A stretch of 25,739 nucleotides of DNA from a virus (Duplodnaviria > Caudoviricetes), in the IMG/VR virus record IMGVR_UViG_3300031655_000038, positions 1 to 25,739 of that record; one strand, given 5' to 3'. Below the pieces are notes generated by a model. That model searched no databases. It was not told where the DNA came from and saw nothing but the letters and a program-made list of their open reading frames with translations. Positions 25,659 through 25,739 of this stretch are shown piece after piece; the first letter of the stretch is position 1; each line of letters opens with the position of its first letter. The position numbers were made by a program, and so were the translations under genes.

Positions 25659-25739
25659 AACAAACCCTCCCCGATAAACTCTAACAATCCCTAAAACAAA
25701 CCTCCATACCCTAACATTTCACCACTATATCGACCCCAC
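25659..25739. repeat. G-poor terminal tract with degenerate CCCTAA(C)A-like short repeats; probable genome end
   Basis: Only two G's on + in about 80 nt; actctaaca, ccctaaaaca, ccctaaca. Confidence 0.4.

Noticed and set aside
22178-25733. Shared ACTATATCG at about 22182 and 25724 as a phage promoter consensus
   Set aside because: Only two 9-bp matches with dissimilar flanks; no T7-style repeated promoter could be established by eye.

Overview
AT-rich segment of a lytic podovirus-like phage genome, probably reaching a genome end on the right. The + strand (1-4306) carries the end of what looks like a virion/ejection-protein module. Its last gene, a 1294-aa protein, contains highly divergent T7/N4-type single-subunit RNA polymerase motifs and is a candidate virion RNAP. 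It converges on a bidirectional terminator with a long minus-strand arm. Read right to left, that arm has small early genes separated by hairpins, a second SSB, a SleB-type hydrolase, a MoxR-like AAA ATPase with a VWA/metallopeptidase partner, DUF3310, SSB, a family A DNA polymerase, a 5'-3' exonuclease, a RusA-like nuclease, a primase-helicase and a canonical T7-like RNAP. The most striking feature is the first gene of the arm (25077-25496, -). Over about 595 nt (25034-25628) its sense strand has only four adenines: the ATG, one Tyr codon and the TAA. Its Shine-Dalgarno site and downstream hairpin are also A-free.
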